DNA of 64,000 bases from Macrostomum lignano (Eukaryota), in NCBI GenBank assembly GCA_002269645.1, contig NIVC01000772.1:68510-132509 (forward strand). The letters are read 5' to 3'. The notes beneath the pieces are model-generated. The model saw only the letters and a program-made list of their open reading frames with translations, had not been told where the DNA came from and ran no database searches. Shown piece after piece: positions 33,965 to 46,785 of this stretch. The first letter of the stretch is position 1, and each line of letters begins with the position of its first letter. The position numbers were made by a program, and so were the translations under genes.

Positions 33965-35785
33965 GGTTGAGATTGGTTTAGATTCTGTGTCTTCAGTGGG
34001 TTTAGATTCTGTGGCTTCAGTGGGTTTAGATTCTGTGTCTTCAGTGGGTTTAGATTCTGTGGCTTCAGTGGTTTAGATTCTGTGTCTTCAGTGGGTTTAG
34101 ATTCTGTGTCTTCAGTGGGTTTAGATTCTGTGTCTTCAGTGGGTTTAGATTCTGTGTCTTCAGTGGGTTTAGATTCTGTGGCTTCAGTGGTTTAGATTCT
34201 GTGGCTTCAGTGGGTTTAGATTCTGTGTCTTCAGTGGGTTTAGATTCTATGTCTTCAGTGGGTTTAGATTCTGTGTCTTCAGTGGGTTTAGATTCTGTGT
34301 CTTCAGTGGGTTTAGATTCTGTGTCTTCAGTGGGTTTAGATTCTGTGGCTTCAGTGGTTTAGATTCTGTGGCTTCAGTGGGTTTAGATTCTGTGTCTTCA
34401 GTGAGTTTAGATTCTGTGTCTTCAGTGGGTTTAGATTCTGTGGCTTCAGTGGTTTAGATTCTGTGGCTTCAGTGGGTTTAGATTCTGTGGTTTCTGTGGG
34501 TTCAGATTCTGTGGCTTCAGTGGGTTTTGATTCTGTGGCTTCAGTGGGTTTAGATTCTGTGGTTTCAGTGGGTTTAGATTCTGTGACTTCAGTGGGTTAG
34601 ATTCTGTGACTTCAGTGGGTTAGATTCTGTGACTTCAGTGGGTTAGATTCTGTGACTTCAGTGGGTTTAGATTCTGTGGCTTCAGTGGGTTTGGAATCTG
34701 TGGCTTCAATGAGTTTAGATTCTGTGGCTTCAGTGGGCTTAGATTTTGTGGCTTCAGTGGGTTAGATTCTGTGACTTCAGTGGGTTTAGATTCTGTGTCT
34801 TCAGTGGGTTTAGATTCTGTGGCTTCAGTGGTTTAGATTCTGTGGCTTCAGTGGGTTTAGATTCTGTGGTTTCTGTGGGTTCAGATTCTGTGGCTTCAGT
34901 GGGTTTTGATTCTGTGGCTTCAGTGGGTTTAGATTCTGTGGCTTCAGTGGGTTTTGATTCTGTGGCTTCAGTGGGTTTAGATTCTGTGGTTTCAGTGGGT
35001 TTAGATTCTGTGACTTCAGTGGGTTAGATTCTGTGACTTCAGTGGGTTAGATTCTGTGACTTCAGTGGGTTAGATTCTGTGACTTCAGTGGGTTTAGATT
35101 CTGTGGCTTCAGTGGGTTTGGAATCTGTGGCTTCAATGAGTTTAGATTCTGTGGCTTCAGTGGGTTTAGATTTTGTGGCTTCAGTGGGTTTAGATTCTGT
35201 GGTTTCTGTGGTTTCAGTGGGTTTAGATTCTGTGGCTTCAGTGGGTTTAGATTCTGTGGCTTCAGTGGGTTTAGATTCTGTGGCTTCAGTGGGTTTAGAT
35301 TGTTTGGCTTCAGTGGGTTTAGATTGTGTGGCTTCAGTGGGTTTAGATTCTTTGGCTTGAGTGGGTTTAGATTGTGTGGCTTCAGTGGGTTTAGATTCTG
35401 TGGCTTCAGTGGGTTTAGATTCTGTGGCTTCAGTGGGTTTAGATTCTTTGGCTTCAGTGGGTTTAGATTCTGTGGCTTCAGTGGGTTTAGATTCTTTGGC
35501 TTTAGTGGGTTTAGATTCTGTGGCTTCAGTGGGTTTATATTCTATGGCTTCAGTGGGTTTAGATTCTTTGGCTTCAGTGGGTTTAGATTCTGTGGCTTCA
35601 GTGGGTTTAGATTCTTTGGCTTCAGTGGGTTTAGATTCTGTGGCTTCAGTGGGTTTAGATTCTATGGCTTCAGTGGGTTTAGATTCTGTGGCTTCAGTGG
35701 GTTTAGATTCTGTGGCTTCAGTGGGTTTAGATTCTGTGGCTTCAGTGGGTTTAGATTTTATGGCTTTAGTGGGTTTAAACTACAT
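33965..35785. repeat. 24-bp minisatellite (gtgggtttagattctgtggcttca), 1.8 kb
   Basis: About 75 tandem copies. Confidence 0.95.
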
Positions 35786-36288
35786 TTCCTAATACAAGCC
35801 ACATAATGCACTTTTGAAGAGCCTTTTTATATTCTCCCAGTAACTAAGAAACTACTAACTTTGGGGATCCCCTTGGCAACAGCCGTAGGTAATTTATTTT
35901 TGAAGAGTAACTCTCTGTGGAAACTCCATGGCTGAATAGAAGCAACTGGTGAATAGTTGATGAGAATGAGGTAGTCCTGAGCTAACGGTTTCTTGGTAAA
36001 TTATTGATTTAACGGTGAGTATAAGATAAGTCCGCAAGGACGGGGGGGGGTGTTAATTACTCGCAGTTCTGTTCCTAAGATATGAGTAAGCCTGAGCTCA
36101 TATGCTCATCCATATTACGAGTATCGCGTGCGGATTAACCCGGCATGAGAGCATGAGCTTCTGAAGATCAGGATATAAATCGATTTAGCAACGGCATCCC
36201 CGTCGCTAGTTTGTTTGAATAGATGGATAGATTATCATGCCGCGAAGACGTTGCTCACAATGTGTTTTTTTCTTCTGCATTTTTTCAG

Positions 36289-36315
36289 CGTTCCAACCGA
36301 CGCGTATTCGAGACG
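36289..36315 (+). CDS. unc-13: unc-13 candidate 27-nt microexon (D-VPTDAYSR-R)
   Basis: Long U-tract with TGC, ttttcag|, donor CG|gtgagt. Phase 2 to 2, no stop. Confidence 0.65.
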
Positions 36316-36364
36316 GTGAGTGGCCTGCTGTTGTGATTGGTGTTGTTGTTTTGAATGGTGGAGA

Positions 36365-37100
36365 ATAGGGTGTGGGGGGTAGGAGAAGAGGGTGTGAGAG
36401 GTAGAGAAGACGGTGAGAGAGGTAGGAGAAGAGGGTGTGAGAGGTAGGAGAAGAGGGTGTGAGAGGTAGGAGAAGAGGGTGTGAGAGGTAGGAGAAGAGG
36501 GTGTGAGTGGTAGGAGAAGAGGGTGTGAGAGGTAGAGAAGACGGTGTGAAAGGTAAAGAAGAGGGTGTGAGTGGTAGGAGAAGAGGGTGTGAGAGGTAGG
36601 AGAAGAGGGTGTGAGTGGTAGGAGAAGAGGGTGTGAGAGGTAAAGAAGACGGTGTGAAAGGTAAAGAAGAGGGTGTGAGTGGTAGGAGAAGAGGGTGTGA
36701 GTGGTAGGAGAAGAGGGTGTGAGAGGTAGAGAAGACGGTGTGAAAGGTAAAGAAGAGGGTGTGAGTGGTAGGAGAAGAGGGTGTGAGAGGTAGAGAAGAG
36801 GGTGTGGGGGGTAGGAGAAGAGGGTGTGAGAGGTAGGAGAAGAGGGTGTGAGAGGTAGGAGAAGAGGGTCTGAGAGGTAGGAGAAGAGACCGTGAGAGGT
36901 AGGAGAAGAGGTTGTGAGAGGTAGAGAAGAGGGTGTGAGAGGTAGGAGAAGCGTGTGAGAGGTAGGAGAAGAGGTTGTGAGAGGTAGAGAAGAGGGTGTG
37001 AGAGGTAGGAGAAGCGTGTGAGAGGTAGGAGAAGCGTGTGAGAGGTAGGAGAAGAGGTTGTGAGAGGTAGAGAAGAGGGTGTGAGAGGTAGGAGAAGTGG
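36365..37100. repeat. ~23-bp purine-rich minisatellite (gagaagagggtgtgagaggtag)
   Basis: Tandem copies. Confidence 0.93.
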
Positions 37101-37384
37101 GTGTAATATGTGGGAGATGACGTACCAAAAGTACATACCGGAATTGAGAGCTCTCTTCATGAATATAAAGTGACTCTCCAAGATCCTCATATTGCTCAAA
37201 AGCAGAATTCTCTTTGAATTCTGAACTCGTAAAATTCGATTTCTATATTCCTAGTGTGTTTGTTTCCTGGAGAGCATTTGCTCAAACTTGAGCATCAATG
37301 ATTAAATTAAGCTGATGTAGCTCTGGATTCGATCCTTAAAAATGATGTCAATAAACTTCTCAATTCTTAACTCTGAAATTTCAG

Positions 37385-37516
37385 GCAGCAGTTTATGTCC
37401 TACTACTACTCAAGCTCGGAGGATGAGCAGTACAGACCGTATCCGTCCTTTCCTCCACCTCCGCCTTCACTGACCAACACAGCTACCACGAGTGCGGAGG
37501 ACCGCGATAGGCTAGA
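37385..37516 (+). CDS. unc-13: unc-13 linker cassette exon
   Basis: atttcag|G...GA|gtgagt, phase 2 to 2, 132 nt open (QQFMSYYYSSSEDEQYRPYPSFPPPPP). Confidence 0.65.
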
Positions 37517-37579
37517 GTGAGTTGCTGGCGTCTGATTTCACTTCAAAATATTTGCTGCTTTTCGTTTTTGTTCAGGAGC

Positions 37580-38880
37580 AATTTCCTGACAGCATTCCCC
37601 TTCCTGACAGCATTCCCCTTCCTGACAGCATTCCCCCTCCTGACAGAATTCCCCCTCCTGACAGCATTCCCCTTCCTGACAGCATTCCCCCTCCTGACAG
37701 CATTCCCCCTCCTGACAGCATTCCCCTTCCTGACAGCATTCCCCCTCCTGACAGCATTCCCCTTCCTGACAGCATTCCCCCTCCTGACAGCATTCCCCTT
37801 CCTGACAGCATTCCCCCTCCTGACAGAATTCCCTTTCCTGACAGCATTCCCCCTCCTGACAGCATTCCCCCTCCTGACAGCATTCCCCTTCCTGACAGCA
37901 TTCCCCTTCCTGACAGCATTCCCCTTTCTGACAGCATTCCCCTTCCTGACAGCATTCCCCCTCCTGACAGAATTCCCCCTCCTGACAGCATTCCCCTTCC
38001 TGACAGCATTCCCCCTCCTGACAGCATTCCCCCTCCTGACAGCATTCCCCTTCCTGACAGCATTCCCCCTCCTGACAGCATTCCCCTTCCTGACAGCATT
38101 CCCCCTCCTGACAGCATTCCCCCTCCTGACAGCATTCCCCTTCCTGACAGCATTCCCCTTCCTGACAGCATTCCCCTTTCTGACAGCATTCCCCCTCCTG
38201 ACAGCATTCCCCCTCCTGACAGAATTCCCTTTCCTGTCAGAATTCCCTTTCCTGTCAGAATTCCCTTTCCTGACAGCATTGGTGTTGTTGTCTCTCCTGA
38301 GACAACAACTCTCCTGAGAGAACTCCTGTGATGTTGTTGTCCCTCCTGACAGAACTCCCCACCTCCTGGCAGCCTTCCCCAACTCCTGACAGCATTCCCC
38401 ACCTCCTGACAGCATTCCCCTACCTCCTGACAGCATTTCCACCTCCTGATAGCATTCCCCACCTCCTGACAGCATTTCCACCTCCTGATAGCATTCCCCA
38501 CCTCCTGACAGCATTCCCCACCTCCTGACAGCATTCCCCACCTCCTGACAGCATTCCCCTACCTCCTGACAGCATTCCCCACCTCCTGACAGCATTTCCA
38601 CTTCCTGATAGCATTCCCCACCTCCTGACAGCATTCCCCACCTCCTGACAGCATTTCCACCTCCTGATAGCATTCCCCACCTCCTGACAGCATTTCCACC
38701 TCCTGATAGCATTCCCCACCTCCTGACAGCATTCCCCACCTCCTGACAGCATTCCCCACCTCCTGACAGCATTCCTCCAACTCCTGACAGCATTCCCCAC
38801 CTCCTGACAGCATTCCCCACCTCCTGACAGCATTCCTCCAACTCCTGACAGCATTCCCCACCTCCTGACAGCATTCCTTA
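37580..38880. repeat. Two adjacent related arrays (18-bp cctgacagcattcccc(c/t)t; ~21-bp cctcctgacagcattccccac)
   Basis: Unit switch across a spacer at ~38280-38350. Confidence 0.93.
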
Positions 38881-39969
38881 GCCCTGGGTTCGATGGATTG
38901 CCACGAGATTCACACCCATTGGAGGGATTCAAGGCACAGAGAGTGTACATGCCTGACGATTGGAAAGTCAGGACCGCTGCATGTACACCCTGTGTGATCG
39001 TGTGTATGTGTGCTCAGTGGAGTCAGCGGAATGGCTAGAATTGCCTCAGCGCAGGTTGTGAGACCATGTCACCGAAAGGCAAAATGTTTTAATCCAAATC
39101 GAATTCAAAGGAAATCCAAAATGTTTCAATTTATTTCAAAAAATAACAGAACATCTCGACAGGGCTCAGTAGAGTTTCTGGCAGCCCGGATGCATTTGGG
39201 AATTGCCAGAATTGGAAATTTATCTTTGACATGCACAGCTCTAAAATTACCTTCCACTCTTCGGTAATTAATCATGGATTTCTTTTGCGCTTGAATAAAA
39301 TCTTGTTCCCAATTTGGGAATCTGAAGGGTCCTTGCTAGAAGAAGATTATTTTTTTAATAAGATTCGTGCTTTTTGTTTTAACTGTTGATTTTCGCGTCA
39401 ATTTAAATTGACAATCACAACAAGATCGCTCTGTCTGGCCACGTGGGCGCGCTAAAGTACATCGGGTCTCGAATCCGATGGGAGATCAGCTTTAATGCCC
39501 ATATTTTTCCTTTCTTATCGCTTGCATCTCCTTGATGCTATCCCGCTGGGAGACTGGGGATAATCTTCCCTATTTTTCCGTCTCCTACTGTAGCGAGTTC
39601 TCATTAGCTGCAGCCTCAAGAGAGGCCGGTGTTCGACTGATCGGGAAACTTTTTATCCCAATCCCCTATTCCCCTATACACTCGCGCATCCCGTATATCC
39701 CGTGTACGGATGAGCCTTCTCCTGTGAGCCTAGTGAAATATGTTGTAGAAAATTATCCGTTTTTATAGCAAAGCAAAATTGAAAAACAAATACAAAAAAT
39801 TGATCTATACAGCGCCTCAGCTCTGAGTACATTGGGATTTAGTGGCAAAAACACAGAATGATTGAGATTAGCCTTTGGACGCACTGTCAATAATTTATGA
39901 GCACTGCGAATTCTCTGGGAAAGTGGCAATTGGCGTTAGAAGCTACGAGCATTAGGTAGTGTCAAATTG

Positions 39970-40435
39970 GTAAATGGGTTAAGATGGCGCCAAATGGGTT
40001 TATTAAATGGTACCAAATGGGTTTAGATGGCGCCAAATGGGTTTAGATAGCGCCGCATGGGTTTAGATAGCGCCGCATGGGTTTAGATGGCACCAAATGG
40101 GTTTAGATATCGCCAATAAATGGGTTTAGATAGCGCCAAATAGGTTTAGATGGCGCCAAATGGGTTTAGATGGCACCAAATGGGTTTAGATGGCGCCAAA
40201 TGGGTTTAGATGGCGCCAAATGGGTTTAATTGGAGCTAAATGAGTTTAGATATCGCTAATAAATAGGTTTAGATGGCGCCAAATTAGTTTAAATGGCGCA
40301 AAATGGGTTTAAATGGCGCCGAATGGGTTTATTAAATGGTACCAAATGGGTTTAGATGACGCCAAATGGGTTTAGATGACGCCAAATGGGTTTAGATGGC
40401 GCCAAATGGGTTTAGATGACGCCAAATGGGTTCAC
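39970..40435. repeat. 20-bp minisatellite (aaatgggtttagatggcgcc)
   Basis: Tandem copies. Confidence 0.92.
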
Positions 40436-40904
40436 TAAAGATGGCACTCAATTAGAGCAGGGCAAAGCTCTAAAAGTGCTCACAGCTCAAGCTGTAGTTG
40501 CTGTCCTCAGTTAAACCGGCAATGCGCGCCACTGGTTTGAGCAATTAAGACTGGGAACGCTGAGGCCAAGAGAAACTGCCCATCGGAAGCGCTTTTTTTC
40601 ATGTACTTTTACAGCTCACCTGCCGTCAAAGTTGGAGTTCCTTTGCATTTTTTAAATGCCCATCCCCTCAGCCTTGCATTCTCTTTTGTCTACTCCAGAG
40701 TTGCCTTGTGCTTGGCAGAGCCTCAAGAAGCTAGCTAATTATTGTCTTTCTTTGCCGCTTCCTGCAATTCTGAAGGCCCTTTGCTATGTCAAGTTTTTGT
40801 TTTTAAACTTATCTTTACGTTCAAAATGGAATTGGTTGTCTTCAATTGATGAGTAATCTTTTAAAGAGTTCGTTTTGTTCCGAGAGAAGAGGAGAGATAA
40901 AGGA

Positions 40905-41520
<616 letters not shown>

Positions 41521-42671
41521 TTCAGTGGAAGTACAGAGAGGCGGTGAGAAGGCCCATTGGCTCAAACCGACAGAGCGGCCATGGAGTTCGATAACTAGGA
41601 GTGTAGATTAGGAACATTTTCACGCTCTTTTTTGGACCAGCGCTGGCTTAATTGATTCAACGTGTGTAACTACATGTATATCCCAGCTGTTGAAAAGTTT
41701 GGTAAAATCTGTTACAAAACCATCACGATTACTTCTAACTCCAAACTCTAATATTAGAACTCAACTACAGAGCCTGTCAGCCTCTCTCAATATTTGTTTT
41801 GCCAGTCATTCACCCGCAGCCTCGCAATTTCCCCCATGCATTTGCTATTCACTCCACTCTCTCAGATCCCGCCCACACAGAGCTCGCAGTCTCAGCTCCT
41901 CCGTTACCCGCGGTTTCACCTGCTAACTATCTGTAACTAATTACAATGGGCCGCCCGTGTCCGGCCGGCTGGACAAATTTGTGCTAATTGAGTGAGTAGA
42001 GTAGCCCGAGTGAGTAGCTCGTCAGCAGCTGCGCTCCCTCTGATGGGGCTTCAATGCTGGGAGTCTGATGATAATACCGAAGCAGACTGGCGACATGAAA
42101 AAAATGAAATATTGCTGTTGTCACGGCAACTGGGGGGGATAAGTTTGATCGGGATTTTTCTCCTCTCTCCCTCGCGAGTCCCCCTTTTTGACCCCTCGGC
42201 TCTGCTGCATGGAATTTAGAAATGAAAAAAATGTATAAAAGCGGCAGTCCAGCCCCCCCCCCGGCTGAGATTGGGAGATTGGAGTGCATCCGCTGAAAGG
42301 CATAAAATAATTTTCAAGTCCTCCAGTCAGGCCAGCCCCCCCCCCCCTACCCCAGTTCGATCCCCAGTTCGGTTTTGTGGCACCGGGCCAAGAATTGAGA
42401 AAAACCGTTTTCAAGGGCATGAATGATTAATTTTGTCGCGTATTTTTGCAAAAATAACAAAAAATCCTAACCGTTCTACTTGCAGCGGCAGTACGCTGAT
42501 AATGCGCTAATTTTTTAACTATTTTTCATTTCAAAATTCCAGTTCTTATGGCAGCTTGTTCGGAAAAGAGCCGAGAAATTTCTATTGCAACAGGTGGGCG
42601 AGAATTAATTGCTTTGCTAATTATGGACTTACAAACAGCCAAATAAATCAATTTGATGTACTCTTATACAG

Positions 42672-42728
42672 GTACGATGAGTATCGCTATGGACAGAGCA
42701 GTCCTCAGAGCTCCAGCTGCGATAGAAG
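42672..42728 (+). CDS. unc-13: unc-13 candidate 57-nt cassette exon
   Basis: cttatacag|G...AG|gtaagg, phase 2 to 2. YDEYRYGQSSPQSSSCDR. Confidence 0.6.
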
Positions 42729-42732
42729 GTAA

Positions 42733-43000
42733 GGATCTCGATCCACTCGGAACAATTTGTGTCCTTGAGCAAGAGACACTTAACTCTGCATTGCTTCAGT
42801 TCACCCAGCTGTAAAATGGGTGCCAGCATTAGCTGGGGTAATTGAGGGTGGGTGTGGCGACCCCCCAGTCCTTGGACTGAACAGCCGTACGCAGACTTCT
42901 GATGCGCCGCGCAATAGCTGCGGCTGAGCTGTCGGTTTCACATCTGCCGATTAGGCCAGGTGTAATCAATTGTTAATTATTATTAATTTAACAAGAAGCG
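42733..43000 (+). mobile_element. CORE-SINE-like element
   Basis: gtgtccttgagcaagagacacttaactctgcattgcttcagttcacccagctgtaaaatggg (42759-42820) closely resembles the CORE/MIR central domain. Degenerate B-box (tcgatcc) upstream and AT-rich tail. Ends approximate. Confidence 0.7.
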
Positions 43001-43146
43001 GTGGTGTCTACTTCGTAATCATTCGGCCTATGGGAGCCCATAGAGTTACCAAAGATACTGAAGAACTGGGATTGTTATTCCACTATCAACTCTCATCGCT
43101 TTTTTCTAACTGACAGAGAATTGCTAATCTCTTCCTTCCACTCCAG

Positions 43147-45309
43147 CCCCGGCTACAGCCGCCGCATTCTCCAGCCGTCTCCTCAAGAGGATTCCGACGC
43201 ACTCGCCAGTGCTTTGCCGCCGTTCGGCCGCCATCGGCAGCAGCAGCGGCAGTACATCTACGGCAGCGGTCCTGAGGACGAGCTGGCGGACCTGGTCAGC
43301 CCGACCATGTCCCTCCTTGACCCGAACGAAGGAGTCGGCATTGTCGGCATCGATCCGTACGCCAAGTTCGCCAGCCCGGTGCTGCACCGGCGCGCCGGCT
43401 ACCCGACGCCTGAGGCGGCCATCGCAGCCGCCGGTGTCATGAGTTCGCCGGTGTGCTCAGCCGAGGACGAGCCGCTGGACGATTTGGCGTCAAGCAGCCT
43501 GGCAGGTTTAAGCCGGAGCGACTCCTTCTACGAGAACCACCGGCCCTTGGCCGTGATGGCGCCGCGCCGTGGCCACCTGCACTATCCGCCAGCCGACTAC
43601 GACTACAGCGCCGAGGACTACGAGGAGGCCGCGGTGACTCGGACGGGGGGTCGAAACGCTGCCTACCAGAGCAGCTTCTCGTCCGAGGACCAGCCGCTCA
43701 GCAGCGACTTCTCCAGCGCCGCTGGCGTCCACCAGCAACAGCTGCAGCAGCCGCAGCCGCAGAGGCAGCGGAGGCAGCAGGGCCACCTGCCAACGCCGCA
43801 AACTGCCGAGCAGCGGCAGCGCCGATTCGAAGCCACCTCGGCCGGGGTCAGCCAGGAGACGGACACCACCGTCAGCGACGCGAGCGGCGCCAACCTGGTT
43901 GGAGGAGGTCGCCCCAACAACCGACGGCTTCCGGGCGGCATCCGGGAGGAGGAGGAGGAGCTGAGCACGGCGTCCTCGCTGCAGCAGCTGCACCAGCGGG
44001 GCTCTGACGAGGCCAGCGGAAGCTACGAGCGAAACCTGATCGCCCCGCCAATCGTTGATCGGCGATTCGCCGGCAGCGCTCGGCCGCCGTCCATCAGCAA
44101 CCTGCGCGGCCAGAGTGCCATCACGGACGAAGACGACATCCCGCTTAGAGCAGAAGAAGCGATAGCGGCAGCCGGGGAAGAGTTTGAAGCAGAGGAGGCC
44201 GGCTTCGCCCCGCTGCAGACGGATTCGTTCGACAACAACTTCAATCGGAGCTTCGAGGACGAGGCCGGTCTGGACTTCGACGACGAGGAGCCGCCGGAAC
44301 GAGAGCTGCTAACGCCGGTCGGTCAGCGAGGCGGCGTCGACCTGGACATCGACTATGACGGTCGGTTGACGCCCACAGCAAGCGGCCAGTTCAGTGACGA
44401 AGAGCTACGGCCAGAGATGGGCCGTGACGAAGCAGCGCCGATTTCGCGTCCGATTCGACACGAACGCTTGGTAGACGACGGCTTGAACGGACGACAATCT
44501 GCTATTGAAGAGCTCGAGCCCGACCTTGACGATGGGAACTACTTTGAGCAATCGAGTCGAGAGGTGTCGTTTGACCGCGGGCCGCCACCTCCGCCGCCGC
44601 TGCAGCGCTCAGAGGAGGACGAACTTGTGCTCGATGGGGACGCCGATTTTCAGTCAGGCGCAGCTGAGGAGGCGCCGTACGACCGCTCGGCGGGCTACCG
44701 GCAGCGGGCTCGGACACTGTCTCGAGTGTCCGGTTTCGAAGAGGAAGTGGAAGAGGAGGAGGACGAGGCGCTGATGGTAAACAATCGAGACAGTCAAGAC
44801 GCAGACGATGGCGAGCTGCTGTACGAGGAGACGGAAAGGCGGAGAGACGACAGCCGCGACTTTGACGAGCCTCAAGACGGAGCAGAGCAGGACTTTGACG
44901 AAGAAGAGGAGGAGGACGATGAGGGCGGCAGCGGGATGTTCCGGCGACGAACTTCGCTGCCAGATCGACGCTTGCTGTCGCCGACGGAAGGCGGCGGCGA
45001 GGACGCCGAGCTGGACGACGAGGCGGTCGAGGGCGAGGGCGAGTTGGATCCGTTCTCGGAGTACCGCGATTTCGAGCGCGAATTCGATGACGAGGCGGCT
45101 GCTGCTGAGGCCGCGGCTGCCGACGCCGAAGACGCCGCGGCGCAGGCGGCCGAGGAAGGCGACGAGCAGCCGGGAATCGAGGAGGAGGCTCTGTCACCCT
45201 CGACGCCGCCTCCTCGGCCCGAGTCACCGGTTGCTCGGCCGAAACTGTCCGACGAGGACGAGCGAGAAGCGGAGGATGAGTTTGACGAGAATCGGTTCGG
45301 GCGGCCGGG
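43147..45309 (+). CDS. unc-13: unc-13 giant acidic, low-complexity linker exon (2163 nt, 721 codons)
   Basis: ccactccag|C...GG|gtgagc, phase 2 to 2, open throughout with exon-like GC content. Fits in phase between the neighbouring exons. Confidence 0.75.
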
Positions 45310-45848
45310 GTGAGCTGGGGCTCTTTGGTGAGGTCATTTGGGATGGATGGGGTTATTAAGGTGGATGGGGTCATTTGGGGTCGGATGGGGTCATTTGGGG
45401 TCGGATGGGGTCATTTGGGGCTATATAGAGTTTTAAGGTTACAGTTACGAGCGTATATTGACGTCACCAGATGAGACGTATTATCATTAACAAGAATTTT
45501 TACTTTGTGAATTTTACAGCAATGGAAAGAATATTGAGGTATAAAAATATTTTGGCTTTACTACAGTGTAAAGCTTTTTAATCTATGCTGAAACCAATTA
45601 TAATTAATAAGATAATGGCTTTCTACTCTCTTTTCTCAGGTTTTACTTGCTCTGGTGGCGGAATTATAAAAAAATTTCCCTTTTTGTTTACATTCTCTCT
45701 CAGTCCATGAGAATCTGCCTCTCCGCTCTCTGAGTCCACGAGAATCTGCTTTTTTGGATTGAGCTTACTCACTGCCTTGGCTATTTAAGCTACTCGCACA
45801 GTCAGTAGTCACAGTGGAGCACAATCACTATTAAATTTCCAAATGCAG

Positions 45849-46071
45849 CGCAAGCAACGGGGCCTACTATCCGTCCAGAGAAGACAAAGCGGCATCGCCA
45901 GGCGAGGGCACCGGCGGGTCAGGCGCCGCGTCGGTGGACACCCCGACCACGTCGACATCTCGACAGCGGCCGGGCAGCGGCGCCGGTTTCAGCGGCTCTA
46001 TCGGTGGTGTCAGCTGCGCTAGAAAACGCTGGATTGAGGCGTTCAACAGGGTTTGCGCTCAGCTCAGCGAG
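45849..46071 (+). CDS. unc-13: unc-13 exon with calmodulin-binding helix
   Basis: aaatgcag|C...GAG|gtgagt. ARKRWIEAFNRVCAQL corresponds to the Munc13-1 CaM site (WLRAFNKVRMQL). Confidence 0.85.
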
Positions 46072-46091
46072 GTGAGTGAGGTGCCCGCGAT

Positions 46092-46435
46092 GGCTTGCCG
46101 TAGCCCAGTGGTCTCGCATGGCGCTCTGATGTGCCAGCGGCCCAGGTTCGATTCCAAGTTGCAGTCGCATTAATTTGGGGCTAAATTGGAATATCGGCTT
46201 GGCTCTGCTCGTGCAATTATCTCCTCTGAGGGCCAACCCCCAAGGCACAGTGAAGCGTACATGCCTAACGATAAATAAAGTTAGGGCCGCTGTACACTCC
46301 TGTGTGAGTGTGTGCCTGTGCGTATGACTCGGGGGCTCAGGGGAGTCGGTGGAATGGGCAGTAATGCCTCTCGCCGGTTGTGTAACAATGTCGCTTGAAG
46401 TGCGCAAGAGTCCACACAGCCCTCCTTCTTCTACT
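46092..46435 (+). mobile_element. tRNA-derived SINE
   Basis: A-box TAGCCCAGTGG 46101-46111 and B-box GGTTCGATTCC 46145-46155 at tRNA-like spacing. Broken T-stem and ~280-nt unrelated body ending in ccttcttct. 3' end approximate. Confidence 0.65.
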
Positions 46436-46499
46436 AAATTAATGGTGGTCGCTTGACTGGTTCAATTGGGTCAGAATTCCACTGGCCAATCAAAAAGCA

Positions 46500-46785
46500 C
46501 GGAGGGGGTAGAGTTTTTATTAGGGGAGTCTCGGCCGTCCAATAAGAATGCGCGGATAGTGAAGGCCTTTTTATGGGGGGTTTCGGCTGTCCAATAAAAA
46601 TGCGCCAATAGGAAAGGGCGATTTTTATGGGGGTTTCGGCGGTCCAATAGAAATGCGCCAATAGGAAAGGGCGATTTTTATGGGGGTTTCGGCGGTCCAA
46701 TAAAAATGCGCCAATAGGAAAGGGCGATTTTTATGGGGGTTTCGGCTGTCTAATAAAAATGCGCGGATTGGAAAGGGCCTTTTTG
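46500..46785. repeat. 53-bp minisatellite with two CCAAT motifs per unit
   Basis: tgcgcc recurs at 46601, 46654 and 46707. Confidence 0.88.

Noticed and set aside
33965-40435. GGGTTTAG cores (24-bp and 20-bp arrays) and the (TTAG)n array as interstitial telomeric repeats
   Set aside because: No tandem TTAGGG or TTTAGGG runs. The short core match is expected by chance.
43121-45313. 730-aa acidic ORF as an independent nested gene
   Set aside because: No ATG start near its 5' end, and it has phase-matched acceptor and donor that join unc-13 exons.
46094-46170. Functional tRNA gene
   Set aside because: A and B boxes are present but the T-stem and acceptor stem do not pair. Treated as a SINE head.
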